From Chrysomallon squamiferum (Eukaryota > Animalia > Mollusca): DNA of 64,000 nt. Shown here piece by piece: positions 26,713 to 39,745 of the stretch (its first letter is position 1; every line of letters begins with the position of its first letter). The stretch spans positions 10,106,001-10,170,000 of the forward strand of contig CM022679.1 in NCBI GenBank assembly GCA_012295275.1. Reading direction: 5' to 3'. Under the pieces are notes generated by a model. The model did not search any database and was not told the DNA's origin. It saw only the letters and a program-made list of their open reading frames with translations. Position numbers and translations under genes: made by a program.

Positions 26713-28125
26713 GTGTTCTTGTGCTAAACAGACATGCATTAAATTAGTATTAAATTAGTTTAATTAAATATATTACAACAAATCTGCCTGCTTTATTTGC
26801 ACTGAATAACTTGTTATTTTTCTGTCTCTATATAAGCTTGGGTATTTTTCACAAACAGAAGAGAAAAAATGACTTATAGGCCAACATTTTGCATTATTAA
26901 TTCTGAAAATGGTCTCGTATTCTGATAAGCTTTACAACATTGCAGACATCTACAAACAACATTAAGATGACAACTGCCATGAACAGAAAGTTAAAAAAGA
27001 AAAATGATGATTTATCACATCTGAATAAACCATTAGATATTTACAAGACCCCCCAAAAAAAGCAAAGACTCTAGAACTTGACCATTATCTGAAGCAATTA
27101 AAACAACTTTAATCTTTCAGGAACAAAAATGGGTTTTTGGGGGATAGGCTATAATTAAAAGTGTTTCTGTTTGAGTGCAGCTATCTTCGAGTGAGGTAGG
27201 GAATCCAAGTGAAATGTTTGTTAAAACAACACCTCTAACACGTCGAGCAGTTTGATAAGCACTTTGGGCTAATTATTACCTCGTCAGACGTAATGAGCAA
27301 TCTCCCGTTTCTCGTTAAGTGCTTGATTGCAACCCTCTCAGGTGTGAGCAGACAGGTAAAAATAGCTTGTACCTTTTCAACAGATACAAATGCACTTACA
27401 TGTGCACACACACACACACACACACAAAATAAAGAGCAATTCAGATGTTTCTAAAATAAAAAGTTTGAAAATTCAAAATTGTCCATTTGGTCTACATTTT
27501 TAAAGTATTTTTTCTCTAGGTTTAGTCTCACAGAATACTTGATACTACAAGTATTATTAAAAAATCTGCCTTCATGTCTACAAAAAAAAAAAAAAAAATT
27601 ACCTAGAGGACAGAATTTTCCAAAACATGATATGTTTTTTCTTTGATCAAAACTTCAAACATTTACAGAAATATTACATGAACTATTTTGAAATTACACA
27701 TTACATCACAATTTTGAAATAACAAAATGAAAATGTACTGCCATCACAATATTAAATTACTATTATTTATTATAAACTTAAGAATTTGTAATATCCATCT
27801 TAAACGTGACAGCATGTACCGTGTAGTTTGATATACAATCCAGAATACAGCAGTAATGGGAAAGAACCAAAATGATACACCAAGAGACTTTACTCTTTAA
27901 GCAAGGAATCTAATACTGTTTACAGTCCCCACTCCCTATTATAAACTGTATTATAAAGTTGAGACATCTATTACATCTGGGTGTTAATAAAACATGCTAT
28001 TCAGTTAGACATAACAGTTCATAGAGAACAGTTCACAGAGTGCTGTTATTAAGAAGGATTATGACTGTAAGACTATCTTCAGGAACATTGTAATTATACA
28101 GCTAAAAATAAATAAATAAAAAATA

Positions 28126-28158
<33 letters not shown>

Positions 28159-29510
28159 CAGGCAGACACACTCACAAAAACACACACATAGATATATAAA
28201 TTTAATTATATACTGCTTCATTACATATATTAAATTTTAATATATTTTGACATATGCGGATTCTGTTTTAAGATTAGTTTAATAAATAAGTAGGCATAAT
28301 ATTCATGTCTCTGAGTGTATGTGTTAAATGTTGAATAAATCAGTTTCATTGTCAAGTAAATCTGTTCTATATGTCTTACTTATTTCATTTTAAAATGAAA
28401 AAAAAAGAAATACAATGAGTTTAACAAATAACAAGTTTTAAACTGAATTTTTATATAAATGTCTGGTTATGGTCCCCTCTTGTACATTAATATTCAATAA
28501 TATTAAGATACTGAATTTTTTTGAGAATGTCAGAATTTATAAATTTAATTCCATCATTAAAAGACTCATTATTAGAGCCTCTGAATTTTTCATGTTAATG
28601 TAATTCATAGGTTTTAAAATAAATTTTAAAAAGAAGACAAAAAAAGGGAACACACTTGTTATTTGTTTTTTATTCACCAATCAGCTAATTTATGTTACAG
28701 TATCATGTTTTCTGAAGCCATCTTAAAAATTTAAATAAGCTTAAATTCATTAATTAGTTGGCTTTTTGTTCTTTGCATTAAAAACAAAATTAAAAGTCTG
28801 ACATATTTAATTGTTTTTAATCTATAAAGAACTAAACTGTATGCAGAGAAAAAAAAAAAAAAAATTTAAAATTAATTGGCTCTAATCTCATTTCTTTAAT
28901 GGAAACAAAAAGAAGAAAAGTAAAATAAATTAAACAACAACAAACAAAAAAAATCACTAATTTGCTTTACAAGTAATTTTTTTTATCTTTCTGTTTAAAT
29001 TACTTCAGACTGTAATTAAGAAAGAAAGAAATGGTAACTTCCCATGAAATAGGTTTTATCAGGATAAATGGTAAGAACAAAGAACCTGCTACATTTAAGG
29101 AAACAAAGATATCTGCATTAAATACCATAATTTTATTTATTTTTCTCCCCGTGTCTGTCTGTCTACTTATACATCTGTCTCATTGCCTGTCTGTCTGACT
29201 GTCCATCTATGTATCTGAATACCTTTCTGTAAGCTTGTCTATCTGCCTTTCTTGTAACCTTCATCTATTTTGGTTTACATCAATTGCTGGAATATTCTAA
29301 GGGAGCTAACTCTGAGAACCAAGGAAACTCATTTAGATGATGGAAGAGTTGCATGGTTTTGAAATTCACAACAGCATAATGATTCACTTGATGAATGTAA
29401 ATTCATTTACTTCATGTTTGTTCTTTGTATGTTTTTTGGACACTCATTTCCACAATGAATGAATGATTCTTTGTTTTAATGAAGGTTTAAGTCATTTTAA
29501 TGTTAATTTG

Positions 29511-29833
29511 AAGAAGAAAATGTTTTATTTAATGAGACACTCATCACATTATATTTAAGATTACATGGAGTCAGACTTATGATTAAGGACCACTCAGTTA
29601 ACAAGAAGAAACCTGCTTCTGTCAGATCATGGGCTGTTCTTTCAAAATAACAACAAGGGATATTTTATGTGCACCATCCCAGAAACAGGAGAGTACATAC
29701 CATTAACTTTTGTATAGCAAATATGGAGCACTGACTGGAATGAGAAATAGAACATTGGGTCCAGTAAGGAAGATTGATCTGACAACTCACTGCATTTTGA
29801 GCAGATGCTCTACCATTGAGCTAGACCTTGTTC
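29511..29833 (-). mobile_element. tRNA-derived SINE, near full-length diverged copy
   Basis: Minus-strand head has a tRNA-like A box (TAGCTCAATGG, 29813-29823) and a degenerate B-box-like segment. The body motif aaggga...ttttatgtgcaccatcccag..acagga recurs elsewhere in the window. Confidence 0.7.
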
Positions 29834-31744
29834 TTTAATATTAATTAATACTAAATATCAGACACAAAGGTTTTGAATAATCACATGAGTGAGGAATTCT
29901 ACTAAGACAACTTCAAAGTTAGTTTTATCAAGTAGCAGCTAAGTATCCTTTGTAAAATATTAACAGACCTTTTCAAAGACAAAAAAAGCATGTAATGCAG
30001 CTGCTTTTTAAAAAAAAAAAAGTTTTTATACAAAGCAGTGACAGGACATTGGTTGGAATGGAGAAAAAAGTGCAGTGGGTTCTGTAGCTGAACGTTCTAC
30101 GAAAGAATGCGGTAACGTAAAACAAGGAGGTGAAGAGAGAAAGAAGGGGAGATCTATTATAACGTCACTGAGAGGTTATCACTGGGGTTAATAAGAAAGC
30201 TCTCCCCACCCAACACCTGTGAGTAAGACAGAGAGAGAGAACACAGGCCGAGATGTCACAACAACTACTACAGCAGTGATTTACAAAATTATTTACTGCC
30301 TCTGGAGAGAAAAAAGAAAAAAGTAAAAATAACCCAAAACAAAAAAACTTGGGCAAAGCCAGCATTCTAGGCCACCATTAGCAAAACACCAGTTTTGTGA
30401 AAGTAAAAAAAAAAAAAAGAGACATCAAAAGAAATAACTGCAGCTGAAAGAAAAAAAATATCTTCCTTTTCATGCCCCATTTACAGATGTATTCAGAAAA
30501 TAACTCGGGCCAGATCAGGAATATATCACCTTCTCATGCCCCATTTGCTAATCTGATTTGAAAATGATTCTCAGTTATGAGAGAGTAATAGGTATTAAAT
30601 GTTTTGTTCCAAAAATAAAAATGAATGTTTGATTTTAGAATGTGCACAGAATGAAAATAAACAGAAACAATGAATGAATGAATGAATGAATAAATAAATA
30701 AATAAATAAATAAATATATAAATTTTCTTAACATTATTAAAAATTCTGAAAACAAAACTATACAGTAATGACATAATATTTTTAATGAATTATTTCAAAA
30801 GCTTGTTATATGTATTTTAACCTCAATTTTAAGAATGCTAAACAGTAACCCCTCCAAAAAAAAGAAAAAAGAAGAAATATTATAAAATGGGTTTAATATT
30901 TCACTCAATAAATAAAATACATACACATTTCTTGAAAGAAATCCTGTGGCCATAAACCTGATGAAATGAATCAAGTGTTTATTCAAAAGAAAAATATTTC
31001 ACACTAAACAGCTCACGTGAAGTTCACAATTTCATTCAGTCACGTTTTGGAAGTTCGTGCAGTTTCCTGTCTTTAGAAAAGTTATTTAAAAAGCTGCTTT
31101 GATACTTTCCAGCAGAAATAGACTCTTAGTTGTGTTTTCTCAAAAATATTATTATCACAAAAAAAAAAATCAAGTGCTCAGAGCATGATAACCATCATAA
31201 TAAAAATATGATGTGAGCATTAAATAAACAGTCGTTCAATTTGTCAGTCGAGCTTTTCAAGATATTTCATGCTCAGGAGGAATTTTTATTTTCAACAACC
31301 AGCCAAAACTGACTGACACTGGTGTGAAATCATTCAAGTACAATAAATAAATAAATAAATAAATATTAATCTTGTTTTCCCAAGATGTAGCATTGGCCTA
31401 CGTTTTTCTCTATCATATCATTTACTATACAAAACCTAGTGTTATTATTTCTTACATCACGAATTTCAAATGCTACAATGCTACGATTGTTTGTTATATG
31501 TTTCGACCACAAATAACAGATCGGTGAATTCCTACTGACAAGATTATAATGGTTAATCCTATTGCTGGGATTATCCCCAAATCTTCTTCTTCTTACCTGA
31601 ACCAGTGTGAAATCACAGTTTTACTTGTTTAACAAATGGGATAAGAAAACAACTCATGCATGACCACACAGTTGATGATGGGAAAAGCTGGAGTGATCTT
31701 CATGTTGACAAATAAGAGCACACTTTTGTGGGTTTTTTAAAGAC

Positions 31745-32130
31745 TACCTGTATTTAATGTTGTTAATATCTACCTGTATTTAACAATTTAACATTAATAC
31801 TTACCTGTATTTAATTTTTTCTAATACTTACCTGTATTTAACCTTGACAAATACCTATCTGTATTTAACACTAATACCTACTTGTATTTAATGTCATTTA
31901 ATATCTATCTGTATTTAACATCATCTAATATCTACCTGTTTTTAATGTTTTCTAATACTCACCTGTTTTTAACATTATCCAATACCTATCTGCATTTAAC
32001 ACTAATACCTACCTGTATTTAACATTGTCAAATATTTACCTATATTTAACACTGTGTAAAAACCTACCTGTATTTAACACTGTCTAATACCAACCAAGTT
32101 TTAATATCATACAATACCTACCTGTATTTA
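31745..32130. repeat. ~27-bp minisatellite, ~15 copies, carrying CAGGTA on the minus strand
   Basis: Unit ~taatacctacctgtatttaacattgtc. Confidence 0.9.
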
Positions 32131-32873
32131 TTTAATAAACCTAGTACACAACAACACAGGTAGAACTTGTGTTATGATTTATGACACACAAGAACACAGC
32201 AGGTGGTAACAGTGAGGTAAATGAACTTTTAAAGGATACATTTTCATTTTATTTCTTTCTTTTCTTTACACTATGTAAACAGGATGATTAAAACACAGTT
32301 TAGAATTAATTTAAAGTATACATTTCATGATGAGAAGTGAATGGGTAAATACAAGGTCATTAAGCAGACTTTGTGCAATTTAAATATTTTTATAACTTCT
32401 GCTCTGTGCATGATAGATATGATGAGTGAAGAGGATAAAAAAGAAAATTCATTTTTTTTTTTTATATTTTTTTTTTTTTTTTTTTAAATTTTTATTGTTT
32501 GAGAGTCTTAATCTTCAATATTATCACCGTCATTATTGATATAAATCATGATATGATTCTGAAGTTCTAGAAAACATTTTGTAGCTGATTTTCAGTTACA
32601 CCATAAGGAGATAAGTCAGGTTGTATATTCTGTATATGTTCAAGTTTTGTTTTCCATCCAGTCTTAATATAATATATATATATATATATTTTTTTTCTCT
32701 CATTTATATCTTAACAAACTGAAATAATCCAATACTGAATAAACAAAATTTTAGCTTAGTTCTTGTGTATGTCTGTGTGTTTGTGTGTGATTATTATGTT
32801 GTTACTATATGCACACACAGTTACAAACACATACACACAACATGCAGCAGCGCATAATCATAAGCACACATGT

Positions 32874-32905
<32 letters not shown>

Positions 32906-33662
32906 ACACACAGTTACAAACACACACACACACAACATGCAGGGGCACATAATCATAAATGCACATGTACACACACAAACACACACACACACACAAACAC
33001 ACAGACACACACACACACACACACTATTATAATCCTGGATTCTGAACTCGAGTTTGTTACATATTATACCATGGGACAATAACGAACAATAACACAGAAA
33101 CTTCACAGCAGTGACTATCATACATTTCAAATGAGAGGGTACACTGTCATATGGATCTTTCAATGAGGTCCACTGAAGCAAGAAATTCCTGTAGTAAGTT
33201 GACACTCCCATCCATAACACGCCATAGGAAAATCTGTCACACGATTTTAGTTCTATTATACTAACATCGTTCTTTGTTGTTGTTGTTGTTGATGTAATTC
33301 TTGGAGAATTTTAGTACTGGTGTTGTTATTGTTAGTTATCATCATTGCTATTATTATTATTATTATTATTATTGTACCAAGTTTTGTTACAAATCTTTCA
33401 AATCCATGCAAATTTTTTTTTTTTTATCACAAGTGTGTTTTATAAAAGGTAGGTTATATTTACTTAATAACATTGCTGTCAGTATTAAATTATTGTTACT
33501 TAGTGATAGTAATGTTTACTTAAAACAATTATTTACTTTAAAAAAATATTCATTATTATCTTACTTAAAATAACAAAATAACAGTAGGTTGCTTAGATAC
33601 AATAATATTTACATGAAAATGTAACTGATAATAAATTTTAGTAATATTTAAATATATCTGCA

Positions 33663-33704
<42 letters not shown>

Positions 33705-36427
33705 ATTTTAAATATAAAGACATATTTTTTAACACATATAAAAGAAATAGGACAGTAAAAAACAAAACTAATACTTTTTTTTACTTAAACAACAAACAAT
33801 AAATATTGATGTTATAAATGTCAAATATTAAGAGCAAGAAGACAGTTATTTCCTTAATTTCATTATAACTCAACACTTCATACTTCAATACATCATTTTC
33901 CTCCTGGAAAAGCTCAGCTGATTAATAACCTAGATCCTTAAACAGACAAGATTAACTAAATGTTTAATAATACATTAAATGTGATTTAAAACAGAAATAT
34001 CTGTTTCAGTTGTAAATTTGTCATGTTTCGAGATGTCTGTAAACACTGTTAAAGAGTTCTGGAAGTAAGAAAGTGTATGAATGAGCAAGTGAGAGGGAAA
34101 GAGTGAGAGGGAAAGAATGGGAGGGAGAGAAAGAAGGGTGAGAAGTGGATACTAAAAGAATGAATAAGTGAAAAGAAATGGCAGAGGAAAAAAGAAAAAG
34201 AAATTGGTTATTTTAAGGAATGAGAGAAGAAGGTGAAAGAAAGAAGAACACGAGGAAAGAGAGATAAAGAGAAAGAGAGAATATTAAGAGTGAGAAAAAG
34301 GGAAAGAAAAAGTAATAAGAAGAACATCAGATGGAAGGAAAGTCAGAGAAAAAGAAGTAACCCAGGAGAAGGATAGAGAGAGGGGAGACAGAAAGAGAGA
34401 AAAAAAAAAACAAGAGAAAAATGAGAAATAAAAAATGAAAAAGACACAGAGAAGAAAGTGTGTGTATGAAGCCAGAGTGAACTGTAAACATAAAAATAAT
34501 CTAGTAATGAAAAGAACTCAAGAGACACCGGACAGACAGACGGAGAAAAGCAGTTTTAGATAAAGGAAGAGAAAAACAATACACTCGTAAATCCAGGCAG
34601 AGATACACGTAAACACAGCTGCTAACACTAAATAATTCCAGATAAACGCCAGGCAGGGGTAAAATGTTCCTACTTACAGATTACAGCAGTATGTATCAAA
34701 CACACACACACACAGGTAAATAAATCTCCAGTACCTGTATATCTCTACCAGTGTAATATCCAACCACCTCCGTCTGTTCTTAATACATCTTCAAGTCTGC
34801 CGTATAAAGCATATCCCAGACACTGGCTTGAATAAAATAACTATGAATCATATACACAAGTATGTCAACTCCTGTGTGATCCCTTTTCATATGCTTAGCT
34901 GTGGGTTAAGATAAAGACATTTACTCAGGTTTTTCCCCAAAGGTGTTGCATGTACCAAAGATTATATTTAAAAAGTATATCCAGATACAAAATACGCAGT
35001 ACAAACTGAAAATGTATCAACAACTTGTATTTTATATTCAGAGTTGTGACAAATGTAAGTACACAAACAACTTGATCTTAAAGACACATGGTATAAACTG
35101 AATGGTTTATACAGAAGTGTATCAACAATTTACAATTATATATTCACAGGACAAATTGTATAAAGAAGTCAGTCAACAACATGATATTATACTGTATGTA
35201 TACTAGAGGTATATTTTATATATATATATATATATGCAGTATAAACTAGAGGCTATATATAGAAGCATATTAAAAACGTATTATAATTTATACATATACA
35301 GTAGAAGCTGTGTGTGTGTGTGTGTGTGTGTGTATTTAAAAGTACTTTAAACCAAAGATTATATAGAGAGAAATAAATTACAAAAGCAGTGTAAAATTAA
35401 GGTTGTATAAAGATGTATAAAACATGACTTACTATTATATATAAAAGATATAAACTGAAGCTTTTACACAGAACTGCAGCAACAAACAGGTAATAACTTA
35501 ATGCGTATTTGACTAACAGCATGAAGACTGTAAGGACAACAGTGAAAACAATCGTGGACAAGCACTACCCACGAACAAAGAAGAAAACTCTGATCAGTCA
35601 CGCACATAACACATAAATGATAGATGATACTGCAGTTAGCTTACTCACTGTGGATGTTTTAAACCAAGTAACACACCAACATGGCATATTTTTCAGTATG
35701 TAATATACTGTAAAAATTTATCAGTTTAAATACAATTTGAAGAGATAATTAAAGTAAAACAAAGAAGAAAATAAAATGCATATTAAAAACAAGTGAAGTT
35801 AAATGATATTTAATATTTAAAGGTTATTATTAGATGTTAGGTTGTGTGCCTGTGTATAAATATATATATCTGTGTGTGTGTGTGTGTGTGTGTGTGTGGA
35901 TATGGTTTGTTTCTGGTTTTGTTTTTTAGTAAAGGTAGCAAAATAGAGAAAGAACCTGATGATATTCCATCAGCTAACTGTTAATTAGCACATTTTTAAA
36001 TACACATAGTTCAATATACAGGAAAGAAAAGTCTTTGAAAAATCAGGCATGCAACACTTGTTAGAACGGCACATTGTCTAACACATGCCACTAATGAGAA
36101 TGGATCTTCAGACCCATCATACATCATACCAATGTTCTTATCACAGAGCTTCAAATCACACTAGTTTAATTCTGAATTCAAATAACAATGACTGTTGTAA
36201 CAAGAAAAATAAATCAGAGTTGTGAAAGAAACAACAGACAAATACAGGACTAAATAAACAGTTAATCATGAATTACTAAATGCATTAGGACCAGATCTGG
36301 GAACCCCTCCTCCATAAAAAACCCCAAGGCAACCCTGAAACCAAAATAACAGGTTTTAAATTTAAATGTTAAATGAGTGACTTTTGATCTGTCAGTTCTA
36401 ATAATAATACAAAATATATGGATACAA

Positions 36428-36512
<85 letters not shown>

Positions 36513-36802
36513 GAGACAAAAACAGAGTCATTGAGAGAGTGAGAGAGTTATAGATACGAATGTATGTAAATACACCTGCTTACAGTCAATAATATAAGAT
36601 AAAGACAAAGAATTTTTACTAAATACAGGAGAATGTCATATGTAAGTCACATTTCTTTTGTACCTAGATTCAAATTAAAACTTCGGAATGCTTAAGAACC
36701 ATGTAAGATTATTCTACCATCTTTGTATCATCAAATTATATACTGTTTATTATCTGGGACTTATAAATATAATTTAAATACATAAATACATAGTAGTAAT
36801 AA

Positions 36803-36833
<31 letters not shown>

Positions 36834-37408
36834 AAGAAGAAGAAAGAAGAAGGAGAAGAAGAAGAAGAAGAAAAATATTTGTAAACACACATATATAAAC
36901 CCCATATAAAATAGAATAAATTTATGCTTACGTTTAATTCTTTAGTTACTTAATATTAAATATATATTTAAAAAAATAAAATAAAATAAAAATATAAATA
37001 AAATGTGCAAAAAATATTTAATCATTTCACAAATACCCAATAGACAAATATTTTCTTTTTCACATATTTTTCAATTTTGACAAATATCTGATAGCTAAAC
37101 ATATTTTATTTTTTTATTTATTTACATTTTGTTTAAATGTTCGTAGATTATAATTATTAGTTAGCTCACCTTTCATTAAGAAACAAAAACCAAAATCAAA
37201 TGACAGCAGCTTGTTCATACTTTCTAGTGTTAACATGACAAGAATCTGTTTTCTGTTACGACACAGAAATATAAAAAGTAACTGAACTGGGTGTCATAAC
37301 AAATACTTTGATACCACACAAGTAGTAGATTGTTATACCTGCCATATAAATGGGAAATAAATAATAATAAAAAAATAATAATAATAACCTTTAAATAACA
37401 TAGTACCA

Positions 37409-37445
<37 letters not shown>

Positions 37446-38983
37446 TTATTTTTTAAAATATTTTTTCACTTATGAAGCTATTTTTTTGCATGTAATTTTC
37501 ATGTGCATTATATTTGAAATACATTTTTGTAAAGATGACATATCTAATACTCAGCAGGGACAAAAAAATGTGAGCACCTTTTTTCTTTTTTCAAGACCTA
37601 AATTTCAATTTAACACAGACAGCTTCAAAAGGCATAGCAAATGAAAATTCTGAATTCATTCCTTCTGAGGAAAAGGGAATAAAAATAAAAATAATGTAAA
37701 CAGAATCCTGTCATAATGAATGATAACTTAATATGAATATAAACAATTCCACATGATGTTTGTATGTATAATTTGATAAAGACAGATTGCTAATAGGAAA
37801 GAAAAACAGATGGACAGAGATAAACAGATGGGGAGAGAGATGAAGACAGTGAAAAGGGGAGAGATACAGAGAAAGAGAGAGAGAGAGAGAGAACAACAAA
37901 GAGGAGGAGGCAGAGAGAAATAAAGAGAAATAAAGAGAATAGATTATCAAGTGAAGATTTCAATCCAAGCATGTGAAGAAAACTGGTTCAAGAAACAGGA
38001 TAACACATACCACAGATTTTCATATAAACACCTGTATATTAAATATGAAAATACTATGTTGATGATAATAATAATAATAATATTAGTTTAGTATTGATTT
38101 TAAATCTGTCAGAATTTGGTAATTATTTATTAACTACTCGACAACCATCACTGAAAAAAAAAAAAAAAAAAAAAAATCATCAAATCTTTCAAACTGATGT
38201 ACATTCTAGACTGACTGTTCTATACGAACTCAAAACCATGAAACCACAGTTTAAATACAAGCTATCATCAACAGTTTTTTTTTTTATAACGAACAAAAAA
38301 CAAAATGACAGTTTCATAACAAGCCAATATTTATCTGTCTCTCAATGTGGAGGACTGTAGTTATCTGATAATAAACTTTATTTTTAAAGCTCAACGTGAT
38401 CTTTAATATATGCAGACATTTATCCTGTGGTGTGTAATATACATGTCATATGGTACACTTGACATAAATATTTACAAGTGAAAAAATAAATACAGTTAAA
38501 GGACTTCTGAGTACATATGATACAGGACCTCAAGTTCTGGCAGATATTAAAAATATCTGAATTTTTTTTTTTTTTTTTTTTTTTTAATCATGTTTGTAGA
38601 ATATGGTTTCAAAAATCAGATGTCCCAGAACATTTTGTAATACTGCTTTTAAAAATATTGTTTGTATATATATATATATATATATATGGTGTAAACTTGT
38701 ATTGTTTGAACACATTTTCAAATAACATTCAACTATTTCACTCTGTCTCAACTGAGTCACCATTTATTTTTACAACCTGTTTGACATATTTATATATGTA
38801 TTTTATTATTGTTCAATATTTTTTCATTTTTATTGATTTTTTTTTAAATATAAAAGGCATTTTAGTATATTACTGTCATAAAGTGATAAACAAAAGAAAT
38901 TTTAACATCAGAATTTATTTTAATATAAAGAATGATTAGCATACCATCTTTTTTTAAAGTTGACAAAGCTTAGGAAATGTACT

Positions 38984-39006
38984 GGTCAAGAGCCAGAAGG
39001 TCTTAA

Positions 39007-39071
<65 letters not shown>

Positions 39072-39110
39072 CATATGCTATATGCACTTAAGACCTTCTG
39101 GATCTTGACC
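38984..39110. repeat. Inverted repeat enclosing a (TA)n tract
   Basis: ggtcaagagccagaaggtcttaagtgcatata...(ta)n...tatatgcacttaagaccttctggatcttgacc; one mismatch between arms. Confidence 0.92.
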
Positions 39111-39124
39111 CTTTTGGTGTGACT

Positions 39125-39245
39125 GGGATTTATTATCTGTTAGCAGTAAAAAAATGTTTTATGTGCACCTTCCCATAAATAGGAAAGCAAACACAGTTGC
39201 CTCTGATAAATTTATTTGGGAGGACTAGTTGGAATGGGAAACAGA
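39125..39245 (-). mobile_element. Degraded fragment of the same SINE family
   Basis: ttagcag...ttttatgtgcaccttcccataaatagga...gttggaatgggaa matches the SINE body. Confidence 0.5.
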
Positions 39246-39418
39246 ATAAGATCATCTTGATTACAAAAATATCAGTCACAGTTCAAGATATTAAAAAACT
39301 CAGTCATAGTAAAAAATGTTTAGACATGATTCAAGATAATGAGAAACATGATTCAATGTATTTTGTAAACATGATACATCAGTTGTGTTTCAAAATTTAC
39401 CACTTACATGATGAAATC

Positions 39419-39745
39419 ATGATTCAAAATATCCCAAAAATATGACAATCATGATTAAAAATATACCAAAAATATGACAATTATGGTTCAAAATGTACCA
39501 AAAATATGACAATTATAATTCAAAATATACCACAAATATGACAATCCTGATTCAAAATATATAAAAAAAAGTATGACAATCATGGTTCAAAATATGCCAA
39601 AAATATGCCAACAATGATTCAAAATATACCAAAAGTATGACAATCATGATTCAAAATATACCAAACACATGACCATCAGGATTCAAAATAAACCAAATAC
39701 AAGACAATCATGATTCAAAATAAACCAAATACAAGTCATAATTCA
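39419..39745. repeat. 32-bp minisatellite, ~10 copies
   Basis: Unit atgattcaaaatataccaaaaatatgacaatc. Confidence 0.92.

Noticed and set aside
29750-29833. Possible tRNA gene
   Set aside because: Only an A box and degenerate remainder, contiguous with a repeat body; it is a SINE head.
33070-33211. MGVSTYYRNF... as a first exon
   Set aside because: The first donor (T|gtatga) creates TAA with exon G; the in-frame one (G|gtataa) is weak and Tyr6 is poor for myristoylation. Not supportable.
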